A DNA stretch of 64,000 nt from positions 33,356,001 to 33,420,000 of the forward strand of contig CM060733.1 in the NCBI GenBank assembly GCA_030704615.1. The letters run 5' to 3'. Each line of letters begins with the position of its first letter. The first letter of the stretch is position 1. The translations under genes were made by a program, and so were the position numbers. This document shows positions 1 through 10,248 of the stretch, piece by piece. The DNA is from Takakia lepidozioides (lineage: Eukaryota; Plantae; Bryophyta). The notes under the pieces are model-generated. The model made no database searches. It saw only the letters and a list, made by a program, of their open reading frames with translations, and was not told the origin of the DNA.

Positions 1-935
1 TCTCGTACACTACAAGAGATGAGCGTTTTTAGGACTACGGCTTTGGCGGAGTCATAAAAACTGCACTAGGTAGATGACTACAGAGCGCTGAAATGCATTG
101 CAGTCATAGTTTTATGATTTTATAGTAATGGATATCACTACATGACTCCGGAAAGTTAGGGAGCATTGGTCAAACATTGTTGACCATGATGACAGGGATG
201 GTTTATATGACTAGTGTGATATGTCTGACTACACGTGGACAACGTTTCATGGAATCTTATGACTCCATGACTGAAGATGGTTTCACCGCTCTATTTATAC
301 GACTACATCACTACACGTGTCATTTTGAAGGCACATATAATGCAAATAAGGTTGCCCATTAGGTTTAAAAAAGTTAAAAAATTGCTAATAAGGTTGCCCA
401 TTAGGGTAATCGTGAACAGAAAGGAGGGCTGGGACTTGGCGTTTTTTGGTCTCCTGCGCCACACCACATAGCCGAGGGATGGAACGCGATGATAGCAGGA
501 TATGCAGGGGCGTGGGATGGAGGCGTTGAGCAAATGATGCACGAAGGAGAAGAGGAGGAGGAGACGAGACGAGGAGAAGCGAGCTCGCCGTTCTTGGGAG
601 AGTCAGCTTGGTCTTAGCATGTGTGTTTCAATCTCTGACTACTCAGCTACGCCGTAGTGGTTCGATCTCACAAACCAATACCTGACTACAGACACAAGCA
701 GCACACACAAAGAGGTCATTTTAGGTTGATGGTCGGTCAAATCCTCCATGGGTCAGGACAGGTCAAGGACAATGTGGTAGGGTACCTTCTTCTTCAACCT
801 ATTTCAGCCTGTGTTGCCCTCTCATCAGACTCGGCCGCAAGATGCATATTGGATTATGTAAGTTAGGTCGTTGGGTAGATCTGTGGTGGTTTGGAGTGAC
901 TTTGGCAAGTTACTGCCAGTGTGGCAGCATGGAAG

Positions 936-1908
936 TGTCGCGCGGCTTTTACTCACCCATCCCTTCGCTATTCGAGGCGGAAACTCCAAGATTGAAGAGT
1001 TGGAAATCTCTAAGTACTCAGCCCGCGCAGAACAATCAGTCATGACCTACAGCTAGTGTATCATGGGGGTGTTTCCTATTTGTTTCCCTTTTGGTATTCA
1101 TGTTAACTATCTTACCATTGATAATTAAGTATCAGTTTGCTTTATCAATCTATTGGATTCCATCAACTCATCCATTCATTCCACAGCTTCACTCAGATCT
1201 CTCTACACAGTGTGATTGTATCGTAAAAGTATCCGATTATGATTTATCAGGTATCAGGCCGAAGTCATTATGTCTCTAATCTGCTCTCCAATATCACTAC
1301 AGCTTTGCATATATCAAGCATCTACTAATCCTCTTTCCTCCTTCATCGTGCTCTCCATCTCTTGCCTCCGATCTCCGCTCCTGCCTGACTCCGAAGTCCC
1401 CCTCCGAATAATGATGATCCCCCTTCCTTCCCCGTTTCTCCCTTTATCCTCCTATCCGCGGTTCTAACCGTTTCCCTTTCTAACCGTCGTATGTGAACTA
1501 ACATGTTCCCTTCACAGGTGTTGTTCCCCACAGTCGTTCCCTGTCCTACTCTTCGTTCCCTATTATCGTGACAGCTGTGTCAAGCGGTGACTGGCTGTGT
1601 TTGGCTGTGTCGGGCTGTGACTGGCTGTGTGGCTGTGCCGGGCTGTGACTGGCTGTGTGGGCTGTGTCTGCTGTGACGACTGTGACGGGCTGTGTGGGCT
1701 GTGTCGGCTGTGTGGGCTGTGACGACTGTGACGGGCTGTGTTGGCTGTGTGGCCTGTGACTGCTGTGTCGGCTGTGTGGGCTATGTAACCCCCCTCTACA
1801 GTGCGCTGCTGTCACCCCTAAGGCTCCTGTTGGTCTCAGTCTGTGCAAAAATTAAGGGTACCCTACAGATCCCGTATAAGTGTCTAAGTCCCCTACAGTC
1901 CTCTAACA
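936..1908 (-). repeat. 3' LTR of Gypsy-1
   Basis: Plus strand reads TGTCGCG...CTCTAACA. Abuts the PPT. The CTCTAACA end is shared with the related solo LTR ending at 33435. Differs from the other LTR by about 4 substitutions and 2 indels by eye. Confidence 0.93.
1570..1790. repeat. GGCTGTG(T/A)-based ~10-bp minisatellite inside the LTR
   Basis: Degenerate tandem GGCTGTGTCG/GGCTGTGACT units. Also present at ~13780-13985, ~6190-6400 and ~33140-33315. Confidence 0.85.
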
Positions 1909-1910
1909 TT

Positions 1911-1925
1911 ACCCCTTCCCCCCTC
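1911..1925 (-). promoter_or_regulatory. Polypurine tract of Gypsy-1
   Basis: Minus strand GAGGGGGGAAGGGGT, then AA, then the LTR start TGTTAGAG. Confidence 0.85.
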
Positions 1926-1946
1926 AAAAAGCCGTGTCCTCACGGT

Positions 1947-4900
1947 TTACTGTTTCCGAGTAGCAAACCTTTGTGAGTGAGCACCTTGTTGACGTTGAGA
2001 GTTTCGTGGTGGGCTGTGTGTACGAGCCCGAGGTCTGTCTCTGGTTGATGGAGATGGTTGATCACTACCTGGATAAGTGAGGCCTTCTGGAGGCTGATAT
2101 CGAGGTAATCTTTCCGGCATAGGAGATCCCCTTTGTTTCTTCTCTTCCATCTGAATTGCATAGTCTTCTCCCATGTCAAAAGAATTGTGTGAAGAAACAG
2201 TTGTATCAGAATCCTCATCGCCTCTCAGGTGTTTTAATTTTCGAACTTTTTGTGGAATCATCTGGGGCATACAATGTTGTCCTACCATGTCTGGAAGTTT
2301 GTATTTTACAACTTGGTGTAACCGCTGAACAGCAAAATTGGTGTAGGCACTGAGCTCCTTGTCTGTCCAGATGAGTGGGGTACCAATTACTGGTGCAGCG
2401 TGCAAGTACTTCCATGCCACATGTCCCTTATAGAAAATGTCATCAAGTCCGAATTTCTGTGTTGACAATTGGTTGCAGGCTGCTTGAAACCATGAACGAA
2501 TTTGAGAATCCTTCTGCATCATAACTTTTGGGTCATATAGGTATATATGAGGTGGCACCGAAGGTAATACCCAATGATCTCCACTGGAGTAACTTTGAAA
2601 GCGTGTTTGCATCTTTTGTTGCTCAATGTGGTAACGTACCAGAAAACAAGCAGCGTAGTATAGCCCGCACCCCATGACAATACTTGCTATCTCCTTGGTC
2701 TTGGTATAAATGAGTCCATGTACAACCTGGAAAGCAACCAATTCCCTCAACATGGTACCTGCCTCGTGCCAGTATTGTGCAAAGTGATGATCTTCAATAT
2801 GTCGATTGTTTGGAAGAACTTTAGTCCTAGTTGCCACTGGCAGCCAAATACGCATGATTTGGTAGTAATGTGCGAATGACTGCGGAGGACTAAATTCTTT
2901 CCAAGCCAAATCCAACATGATGGGAATTTGGTTGAAGGGCATAAGCATAGCCCTGCTGTACTCCCTTGCAGCTGGAGTTTTAGGTGGGTTAAAAGCGGCA
3001 TTGCCCCATACCTCCGGCTGTGGTGGCTGTGGTGTGGTTGTAGTAACCACAGGTTCAGCTATTGGTACAGTGACCTGTTGTGGTGGTGGTGGTACTGGCT
3101 CCTGTATCATTGGCATCTCCTGCACCTCCTGTGAAGACTGAAAAGCCAGAGTTCTGGCTTGCAAATAAGAAGCCATTAGCTGTTCTTGAGGGATATAGAC
3201 TCTTTGGTCGATGTTTGAAGTGAGGTCTTCCACTTGAGTCTGGAGTCCGTCTACATCCTCTTGTAACTCTGCTATCCTACTATAGACATTGTCTATAGTA
3301 GTTGTGGCAATGTTCTGCACCTGCAGTCTGAGCTCATTCATCTCGCTTTGGGTGAGCTTCCGTGGGCTTTTGCCCTCTACTGGCCCTTGTGCTAACCAGA
3401 CCTGCATAAGGCTGTTATCCACCAAGCTGCTTGTGGTTCCCCTGAGAGTTTGCTCTTCTCTTAGCTTGTACAATTCCAACTGCTGTTGTAAAGCCTCCAT
3501 GCGCTTCGCCTGTGGCTCAACCAATTGCGCATAGGCAGCAAGTAGATTATTGGCTTCCTTCGAAGCCTTGTTACTGACCGCGATTTCATTTCTATTGGCC
3601 ACGATGGTTTGTTGCAACTCCACGATGTGTTTCTCTTGATCAGCTTCCCTCTGCCTGTATTGCTTGGAAGTATCTTCATGGCGACAGATTGTATTCTTCA
3701 TATCGACAATGAGCTTCATTTGCTCAACATTCTCTTCTTCTGCCTTCGTACATTTTTCCGCTTGACTGTTTATTTCTTTTGCTGATTGGTCAAGCATAGT
3801 TGTAAATGTAGCACATTGTATCGCCATCCTGTTATGCACTGTCTGCAACTCCGTATGTAGTGCATTCAGTTCTTGCAACTTGCTTTCATGCTGCACCTGC
3901 ATTTGGTATAGCTGTTGCTTATGTCCTTCGTGCAACTGGTCTTGCGTGAGGTTTGCCTCAATCAGTTGTTGCTTGGCCAACTGCAAAGCCATTTCTGTAT
4001 TGCCCAAGTCCTGCTTCATCTTGAGAGTGACCTCTTCATCGACCTTGTTTGCACACTCAGTGGCAAGTCGAGCCTCAAACTCCTTCCTGAGTTCCTCTTT
4101 CAAGGCTGTCAATTGGGTAATTGGAACATGGGATTTGACATAAGTCCCCAACAAATTAAGTGTCCTGCCTATGGAACTCATCAGCATTGCCTGTTGAGGG
4201 TCATCATGGTGAGGTTGCTGCTGTTCCTCCCGATCTTCAACAGTATGATGTCTCACTAACCATTCAGGCCATTGTCCCACCGGATTTTCTTCCTGAACTA
4301 CTTCATCTATGACTGGTGTTACAGTGTCATGACCTTCCGCCTGTGGTACCTCCAACACAGGTGTGTGCATTATATGCACCTCAGGATTTCCCTTGGGCAA
4401 CTGTTGCACCTCTGGGATTTCTGTCTCCTTGACCAGACCAGAATATTCATAGAGAAGGTCCCCTTTCTCTATTTCTGCCACTATCTGCTCTGTAGTTGGA
4501 ATATCTATCCCTTCACTTTCCAAATCAATTATTTCGGGTTGAGCTGCATGGATAACTTGTGACCTTGTGACAAGTCGTTCAAGTGGCTGTGTTGGCTGTG
4601 ATGCAGAAGTAACTTCCTCCTCCCTCTCTGAAGGTCCTGCTTCCAGTAATAACATTCTTTTGTGCTGCTGTGCCCCTTCCTGGTCATGAGCTTGGGAAAC
4701 ATTATCATGCGGAATCCGTGAAGCCAGTGGATCCGCCACTACAGTCTTTCCCCTTCTCTGCCTCTTAGTCTCGGGTTGTGCTGCTAGTCCACCCTCACTG
4801 TGTGAAGAGCCTTGCTCTTCCATTGCAGTTGTTTCTGGCTCAAACACTCCCATTTCCTTCCTTTCTTGTGCATTAAGTATGCCAGAATTAAGGATTATTT

Positions 4901-5792
4901 GAGCAATGATTGGGCCAGACACTATGATAGGAGACTTTGCGGTAGTACCTTGTAATCTTTTCATCTCCTCTACTAGTGCGTTGTACATAATGTCCGCCCA
5001 TTGTACCTCTTGTCCCTTCAGGCCTTTGAGTATTTCCTCTGTGAAGGATCTGCTCAAATATTGTTGGTTCTGTTTCAGGGCAAACAGAACGTTCAATACC
5101 TGGCCTATCTCTTTTAACCCTGGGTACACAGCTTTGGTACAAGCATAACCCTGAGTTTTAAAGAAACTCCCTTCTTGGAATAAGTCCCCTATTTGCAGTC
5201 TTGCCCTGTGTTCCCCCACATGCACCTGACCTGCTGGCAATCGAAACAATTGCTGGAGGTATAGGGGAGTAAGCATTAATTCAACTCCCTTCACCGTTGT
5301 TGTTCCTGTCCTTGGCTCAAAGTTCTGCAAAAATTGTAACATGTACTGTCTATGGTGTAGTGTCCAATCTAGACTTTGCAATCCTTCCAATCTCAGCTCC
5401 TCCAGTATCTTTATCGCCTGTGGGGTAGCCATCGTTTGTTTCTGCAGAATTGTGGTGCTCTTCACCCTGATTTCCTCCATTCCTCTCACTCTCTTCATCT
5501 TAGACTCACAGAACTGCTTTGGCTGTAACAACTGCAGGAATGCCTGTAGTGCACAAAGCAGAAACGTATGGTTGCCGCAGAAAGCTATGGGTAATCTCTT
5601 GTAAGCCTGCGGGGCTTGCAAGCATTGTTCAAGAGAAAAGCTCTGCTCTTTCGTTTCGTGTCTATGCCATTGCGTAAGTAATATTGCGAGCGTATAGTCT
5701 GTTAGTTCCTCCATAGTTTCCAAGTTATAGCATTTATGGCCTGTCCTGTCGAGACGCCCGTTACTCAGAACGACGCCGCCTCTTGCGCCCAA
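1947..5792 (-). CDS. Extra (env-position) ORF of Gypsy-1: N-terminal plant-transposon-type domain, acidic linker, long coiled coil and unknown C-terminal domain
   Basis: Uninterrupted 1281-codon ORF between pol and the 3' LTR, same strand as pol; first ATG at 5714 (MEELT). LQFLQNF..TVKGVELMLTPLYLQQLFRLP resembles Athila-type extra-ORF domains. Heptad-rich Q/E/K region. Confidence 0.8.
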   Translation of the reverse strand: MGARGGVVLSNGRLDRTGHKCYNLETMEELTDYTLAILLTQWHRHETKEQSFSLEQCLQAPQAYKRLPIAFCGNHTFLLCALQAFLQLLQPKQFCESKMKRVRGMEEIRVKSTTILQKQTMATPQAIKILEELRLEGLQSLDWTLHHRQYMLQFLQNFEPRTGTTTVKGVELMLTPLYLQQLFRLPAGQVHVGEHRARLQIGDLFQEGSFFKTQGYACTKAVYPGLKEIGQVLNVLFALKQNQQYLSRSFTEEILKGLKGQEVQWADIMYNALVEEMKRLQGTTAKSPIIVSGPIIAQIILNSGILNAQERKEMGVFEPETTAMEEQGSSHSEGGLAAQPETKRQRRGKTVVADPLASRIPHDNVSQAHDQEGAQQHKRMLLLEAGPSEREEEVTSASQPTQPLERLVTRSQVIHAAQPEIIDLESEGIDIPTTEQIVAEIEKGDLLYEYSGLVKETEIPEVQQLPKGNPEVHIMHTPVLEVPQAEGHDTVTPVIDEVVQEENPVGQWPEWLVRHHTVEDREEQQQPHHDDPQQAMLMSSIGRTLNLLGTYVKSHVPITQLTALKEELRKEFEARLATECANKVDEEVTLKMKQDLGNTEMALQLAKQQLIEANLTQDQLHEGHKQQLYQMQVQHESKLQELNALHTELQTVHNRMAIQCATFTTMLDQSAKEINSQAEKCTKAEEENVEQMKLIVDMKNTICRHEDTSKQYRQREADQEKHIVELQQTIVANRNEIAVSNKASKEANNLLAAYAQLVEPQAKRMEALQQQLELYKLREEQTLRGTTSSLVDNSLMQVWLAQGPVEGKSPRKLTQSEMNELRLQVQNIATTTIDNVYSRIAELQEDVDGLQTQVEDLTSNIDQRVYIPQEQLMASYLQARTLAFQSSQEVQEMPMIQEPVPPPPQQVTVPIAEPVVTTTTPQPPQPEVWGNAAFNPPKTPAAREYSRAMLMPFNQIPIMLDLAWKEFSPPQSFAHYYQIMRIWLPVATRTKVLPNNRHIEDHHFAQYWHEAGTMLRELVAFQVVHGLIYTKTKEIASIVMGCGLYYAACFLVRYHIEQQKMQTRFQSYSSGDHWVLPSVPPHIYLYDPKVMMQKDSQIRSWFQAACNQLSTQKFGLDDIFYKGHVAWKYLHAAPVIGTPLIWTDKELSAYTNFAVQRLHQVVKYKLPDMVGQHCMPQMIPQKVRKLKHLRGDEDSDTTVSSHNSFDMGEDYAIQMEEKKQRGSPMPERLPRYQPPEGLTYPGSDQPSPSTRDRPRARTHSPPRNSQRQQGAHSQRFATRKQ

Positions 5793-6224
5793 TTTCTTCC
5801 ATTTTCTTGATCATTTCTCTGATTTTCTATTGGCTGTATTTGCTGTGACTGGATTTTAACTTTTATCTTCTTTAGTGGACTTTCTCTGTTGGATAGTCCA
5901 CTAGGATCACACATGCGACATGAATTCAGCTTTTCTGTACTTGCCGTCGTTCTGTTTCCCTTTTTCCGTATTCATTAATGGGCCCGCCTTTCATCCCATT
6001 TGACGGCCGTTCTTTTCCTCTTTCTTTTTGACACCTGTCGTTGCACTTCATTCTCTGCTGTGTGTCGCACCCTGACCTCCACGTGTCTATTTTTAAAGTA
6101 ATTTCCGTTTCCTCTTCCGTCATCCATTTTCCTGAAGTTTTTATGTGTCCACTTGTCACTGATTCTATGGATCGTGTAATTTTAGTAGGCTGTGTTGAGC
6201 TGTGACAAGCTGTGTCATACTGTG

Positions 6225-8360
6225 TTACCCTGTGATAGGCTGTGATGCACTGTGGTAAGCTGTGATAGGCTGTGACACGTTGTGGTATGTTGTTATAGGC
6301 TGTGTTGCGTCGTGATGGGCTGTGATAGGCTGTGTCACGTCGTGATGGGTTGTGATAAGCTGTGTTGCGCCTTGGCGGGCTGTGATAGGCTGTGTCACGT
6401 TTGTTTTGCCCACCCTGGTCGTATATGCTGGGCCTAGCAACAGTGTTCCATACTCCGTTCGTAACACTGGTGCAGCCCGTGACTGCTCTTGCGGTTCAAC
6501 ATGCAAATCATGCTGCAGGGGTTTGTCATGGATACCACTGTACCCCTTCAACTTATTTGCATTGACTCTTCCCAGCATTTCTTTGTTAATGGTTTGTAAC
6601 ATGGCGGTGTTGTTATCATACATCTTTTGTATGACATAAGGTCCTTTCCACGGTGATTTAAGCTTAGAAGCTTGAATCTTTCCTTTCTTCTGCAACCATA
6701 GAACCAAATCCCCCGTCTTAAAAGTCTTTAACTTGCCTTCATCAAACTGTTCCTTTCGCTTCATCTGAATTCTGGTCATATTATCAGCTGCATCAGCACG
6801 TACTTCTTCCACATGGTATAATTCATGTTTCCTGACCTTGATGGAGTCTTGCAATTCCATTCTTTTTCCCCACTCCGTTCTCATGGTAGGTAACAGGAAT
6901 TCCACTGGAAGTAAGGCTTCCATACCATAAACTAATTGGAATGGTGTATACTTAGTGGTGACTTTATATGAAGTCCTGTATGACCACAAAGCTGTCAGCA
7001 GCTTTGTATCCCAATCCGTTCTGTTTGCATTGACTATCTTAGCCAAGATAGTACATAGTATTTTGTTGGTAGCCTCTGCCTGCCCATTACCCTGTGGGTA
7101 ATATGTTGTACTCTTTCTATGCACAATCATAAACTCTTTAGTCAACAACTCAATGGTCTCATTCATGAAGTGACTTCCTTGATCACTGATAAATTCTAAG
7201 GGACATCCAAATCGTGTAAGTATGTTCTCGTACAGGAACCTTGCTGTGGACTTGGCTGTGTTGTCCCTCAAAGCTTTAGCTTCCACCCACTTTGTAGTAT
7301 AATCAGTGGCTGTAATTATGTACCTGTTTCGTGTATTCTTGGATGGTGGATTAATTGGTCCAACAAAGTCTAGTCCCCATTTCTGAAATGGTTCCGTAGG
7401 CATTGTAGGATGCAAGGCCATTCTTCCAGATCTCTGCAAAGGTCCTAGCCTCTGACATTCATCACACTTCTGACAATACTCATGTACATCTTTGAACAAA
7501 GTAGGCCACCAGTATCCTGCGAGTAGTATCTTTCTACTGGTAGTCTCTTCTCCAAAATGACCTCCAGCCACTCCTTTATGAACTTCCTCCAAGACTTTAT
7601 TTACTTCATGGTGGTACAAGCATCGTTTTAGTACTCCATCAGGTCCTAACTTATACATTCTGCTTCCTACCATAGTATAAGGTAAAGCTCTGATAGCAAT
7701 TCTCTTCCTCTGCTCCTTACCATAACTAGGTGGGCACTGACCATGAGCAAGGTAGTATCTGATTGGCCACTGCCAATCTAACCATTCATCTGCACTTCCT
7801 TGCACTTCCATTACAAATAAACTCGCATCAGGTAACTGATCGTCCACTCCTGTGGCGGCCTCTCCTGTTGTTAGTCGTGACAAATGATCTGCCACAAGAT
7901 GCAAACGGCCAGGCTTGTAAATAACCTCGAACTCAAACTCATGCAAGATTATTAACCACCTCGCTATCCTTCCACTTATCAAAGGTTTGTTCACCAGATA
8001 TATCAGAGCCTGGTGATCCACATAAAACATAAACTTTCTTCCCAATAGGTAATGCCTGAATTTCTTGACTGCATAAATCATTGCCAATGCTTCTCTTTCC
8101 GTTGTACTATAGTTCCTCTCAGCACTGTTCATCAATCGGCTAGCATAGTACACAGGTGAATCTATATTTCCTGTAACATTCTGGGCTAACACCGCACCCA
8201 ACGCTTCTCCTGATGCATCGCAGTGAACATGAAATACTACATGCCAGTGAGGGTTAATCAGCACAGGTGTAGTTGTTACTGACAGTGTAAGTTCCTCAAA
8301 CGCCTGTTGACATTCAGCTGTCCAGGCAAACACTGCATCTTTCTTCAGAAGCTTGCTCAA
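6225..8360 (-). CDS. pol: Gypsy-1 pol C-terminal part: RNase H and integrase
   Basis: RNase H motifs HCDASGEALGAVL, ERNYSTTEREALA and YVDHQAL. Zn finger H..GGH..C..C. Integrase core WGLDFVGP, ISDQGSHF, YPQGNGQAE. GPY motif. Confidence 0.95.
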   Translation of the reverse strand: MSKLLKKDAVFAWTAECQQAFEELTLSVTTTPVLINPHWHVVFHVHCDASGEALGAVLAQNVTGNIDSPVYYASRLMNSAERNYSTTEREALAMIYAVKKFRHYLLGRKFMFYVDHQALIYLVNKPLISGRIARWLIILHEFEFEVIYKPGRLHLVADHLSRLTTGEAATGVDDQLPDASLFVMEVQGSADEWLDWQWPIRYYLAHGQCPPSYGKEQRKRIAIRALPYTMVGSRMYKLGPDGVLKRCLYHHEVNKVLEEVHKGVAGGHFGEETTSRKILLAGYWWPTLFKDVHEYCQKCDECQRLGPLQRSGRMALHPTMPTEPFQKWGLDFVGPINPPSKNTRNRYIITATDYTTKWVEAKALRDNTAKSTARFLYENILTRFGCPLEFISDQGSHFMNETIELLTKEFMIVHRKSTTYYPQGNGQAEATNKILCTILAKIVNANRTDWDTKLLTALWSYRTSYKVTTKYTPFQLVYGMEALLPVEFLLPTMRTEWGKRMELQDSIKVRKHELYHVEEVRADAADNMTRIQMKRKEQFDEGKLKTFKTGDLVLWLQKKGKIQASKLKSPWKGPYVIQKMYDNNTAMLQTINKEMLGRVNANKLKGYSGIHDKPLQHDLHVEPQEQSRAAPVLRTEYGTLLLGPAYTTRVGKTNVTQPITARQGATQLITTHHDVTQPITAHHDATQPITTYHNVSQPITAYHSASQPITG

Positions 8361-10248
8361 TGGTGCTGCTTTTGTGCATACCTTTTGACAAATCTTCTGT
8401 AATAACTGGTTTGCCCAAGGAATCTCCTTAAACTCTTAACATTCACTGGTGGTGGAGAGACTTTAATGGACTCTGTCTTCCTGGGATCCACAAGAAGTCC
8501 CTTCTTACACACAATGTGTCCCAGAAGCACCCCTGAGTTCACACAGAAAGTACACTTCTCTGGATTCAAGCCCAGACCTCTCATCCTGCATCTGGCCAGG
8601 CATAACTCCAATTTATGCAAGTGCTCATTCTTAGAGCTGTACACACTGAAATCATCCAAAACACCTGCATGAAATCATCCAGATACTCATGAAAAGATTC
8701 ACTTATCACTCTCTGAAAGGTCGCTGGTGCATTACAAAGTCCAAAGGGCATGACTTTGTATGCATAAGCCCCCCAGTCTGTGATGAAAGCTGTTTTCCCT
8801 TGGTCTTCTTCTGCCACTTGCACTTGATTATAACCACTGAAGCCATCCATGAATGAGTACATCTCATGGCCTGCCACAGTGTCTAATACTGCTTCTGTGA
8901 ATGGCAAAGGGAAAGGATCTTTCTTCGTACAAGCATTCAGCTTCTTATAGTTCACACATACTCTTAGCTTGCCATTCTTCTTTGGAACTATAACAATGGG
9001 TGACAACCAAGTTGTATACTCTATTGGGTATATAAACTTAGCCTCAGCCAACTTCTTTATCTCTTCTCCAACCTTCTGTGCGTAGTTGGGATTCATTCTA
9101 TACCTCGCCTGTTTGATTGGTACTGACCCTGGTTCCAGTTCAATCTTATGCTGACAGACTTCAGGTGGTATCCCTTTTAGATCCTCATAGCTCCAAGCAA
9201 ATACATCTCTGTATTTGATGAACAAGCTTTTAGCTTCTTCGAAGAATTCCGGCTCCAAATCAGCTCCTACTTTCACCATTCTCGGTTCCTCCTGAGTTCC
9301 CACATTTACTTCTCTCACCTGCTCATCAGCTGTGATTGTCCAACCAGTCACCACTTCATCCTTTAAGCTCACAGTGGCTGGTTCTTCTAGGATTTCTATC
9401 TCTCCCTCCTTTTCTTCATAGAAATGTGGTGGGTAACAGTTGGTTTCCTCTTCAATTGGTGTTGCCGACACTACACCACAGCAGATACCTCTTAAACAAC
9501 TTAGGCTTTCCAGCCGCATCTCCGCAACCTGCTCCCATTCTGGGTGTGCAGCAAATAGGGTAGCTTCCTGCTCCTCATCCAGTCCTCCTCTCCAGTCATA
9601 CTCTCTGACTCCTCGAGGTCTTCTTGTAGCAGGTAATCTACTAGATTTCTTTGTGGTAATTTGTATCTCGTGCATCCCATTATGCACAGTTAGTAACTGA
9701 GAATTCCAGTCATGGAATACCCTGGCCTGTTTCAGCCATGGACGTCCCAATAATAAGGAGTAAGCCTCCATGACTTCATCCATTTTTAATACAGTTACTG
9801 TGATCATAAAGATCATTTTCTGTATCTGTATCTTAACTCCTCTTATTAATCCCAATGGCTGTACACTTCTTTGATCTGCCATTGTTACTGTAAATGGGGC
9901 TGGTTTCATGTTACTTAGACCAAGCTTCTTCCTTAATTGGTCTGTCATGATATTTACTCCAGAACCACCATCTATCAGTACATCAGTTAGTTCTGTGCTT
10001 CCAATTCTCAATTGGATTACTGGCATAGAATCATCAAAGTCCATGACTGGTTCTCGCCCTTCCGGCTTCACATTATAACTGGTCACCTTGCTGTTCAGGT
10101 CTGTGTTTCCTGTCTCTTGGGCAATTCGATTGATTGCCTGATACAGCCTGTGCCTACAATAAGGTGCCACAGCTAATAGCTGTCCAATGGTAATTTCTGC
10201 TTTGGTCTGACATATTACTGCAGCCAAAGTCTCTTCATTACTTTGCAT
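8357..10248 (-). CDS. pol: Gypsy-1 protease and reverse transcriptase (frameshifted near 8660 and 8358)
   Basis: Protease LIDGGSGVN. RT motifs KKNGKLRVCV, MDGFSGYNQ, MPFGLCNAPATFQR, and VF/DDF split across a frameshift. Confidence 0.93.

Noticed and set aside
1546-1976. Cys/His/Gln-rich short ORFs in the LTRs, and similar ORFs over the arrays at 31695-32327, 41461-46236 and 52460-52953
   Set aside because: These are translation artefacts of tandem repeats.
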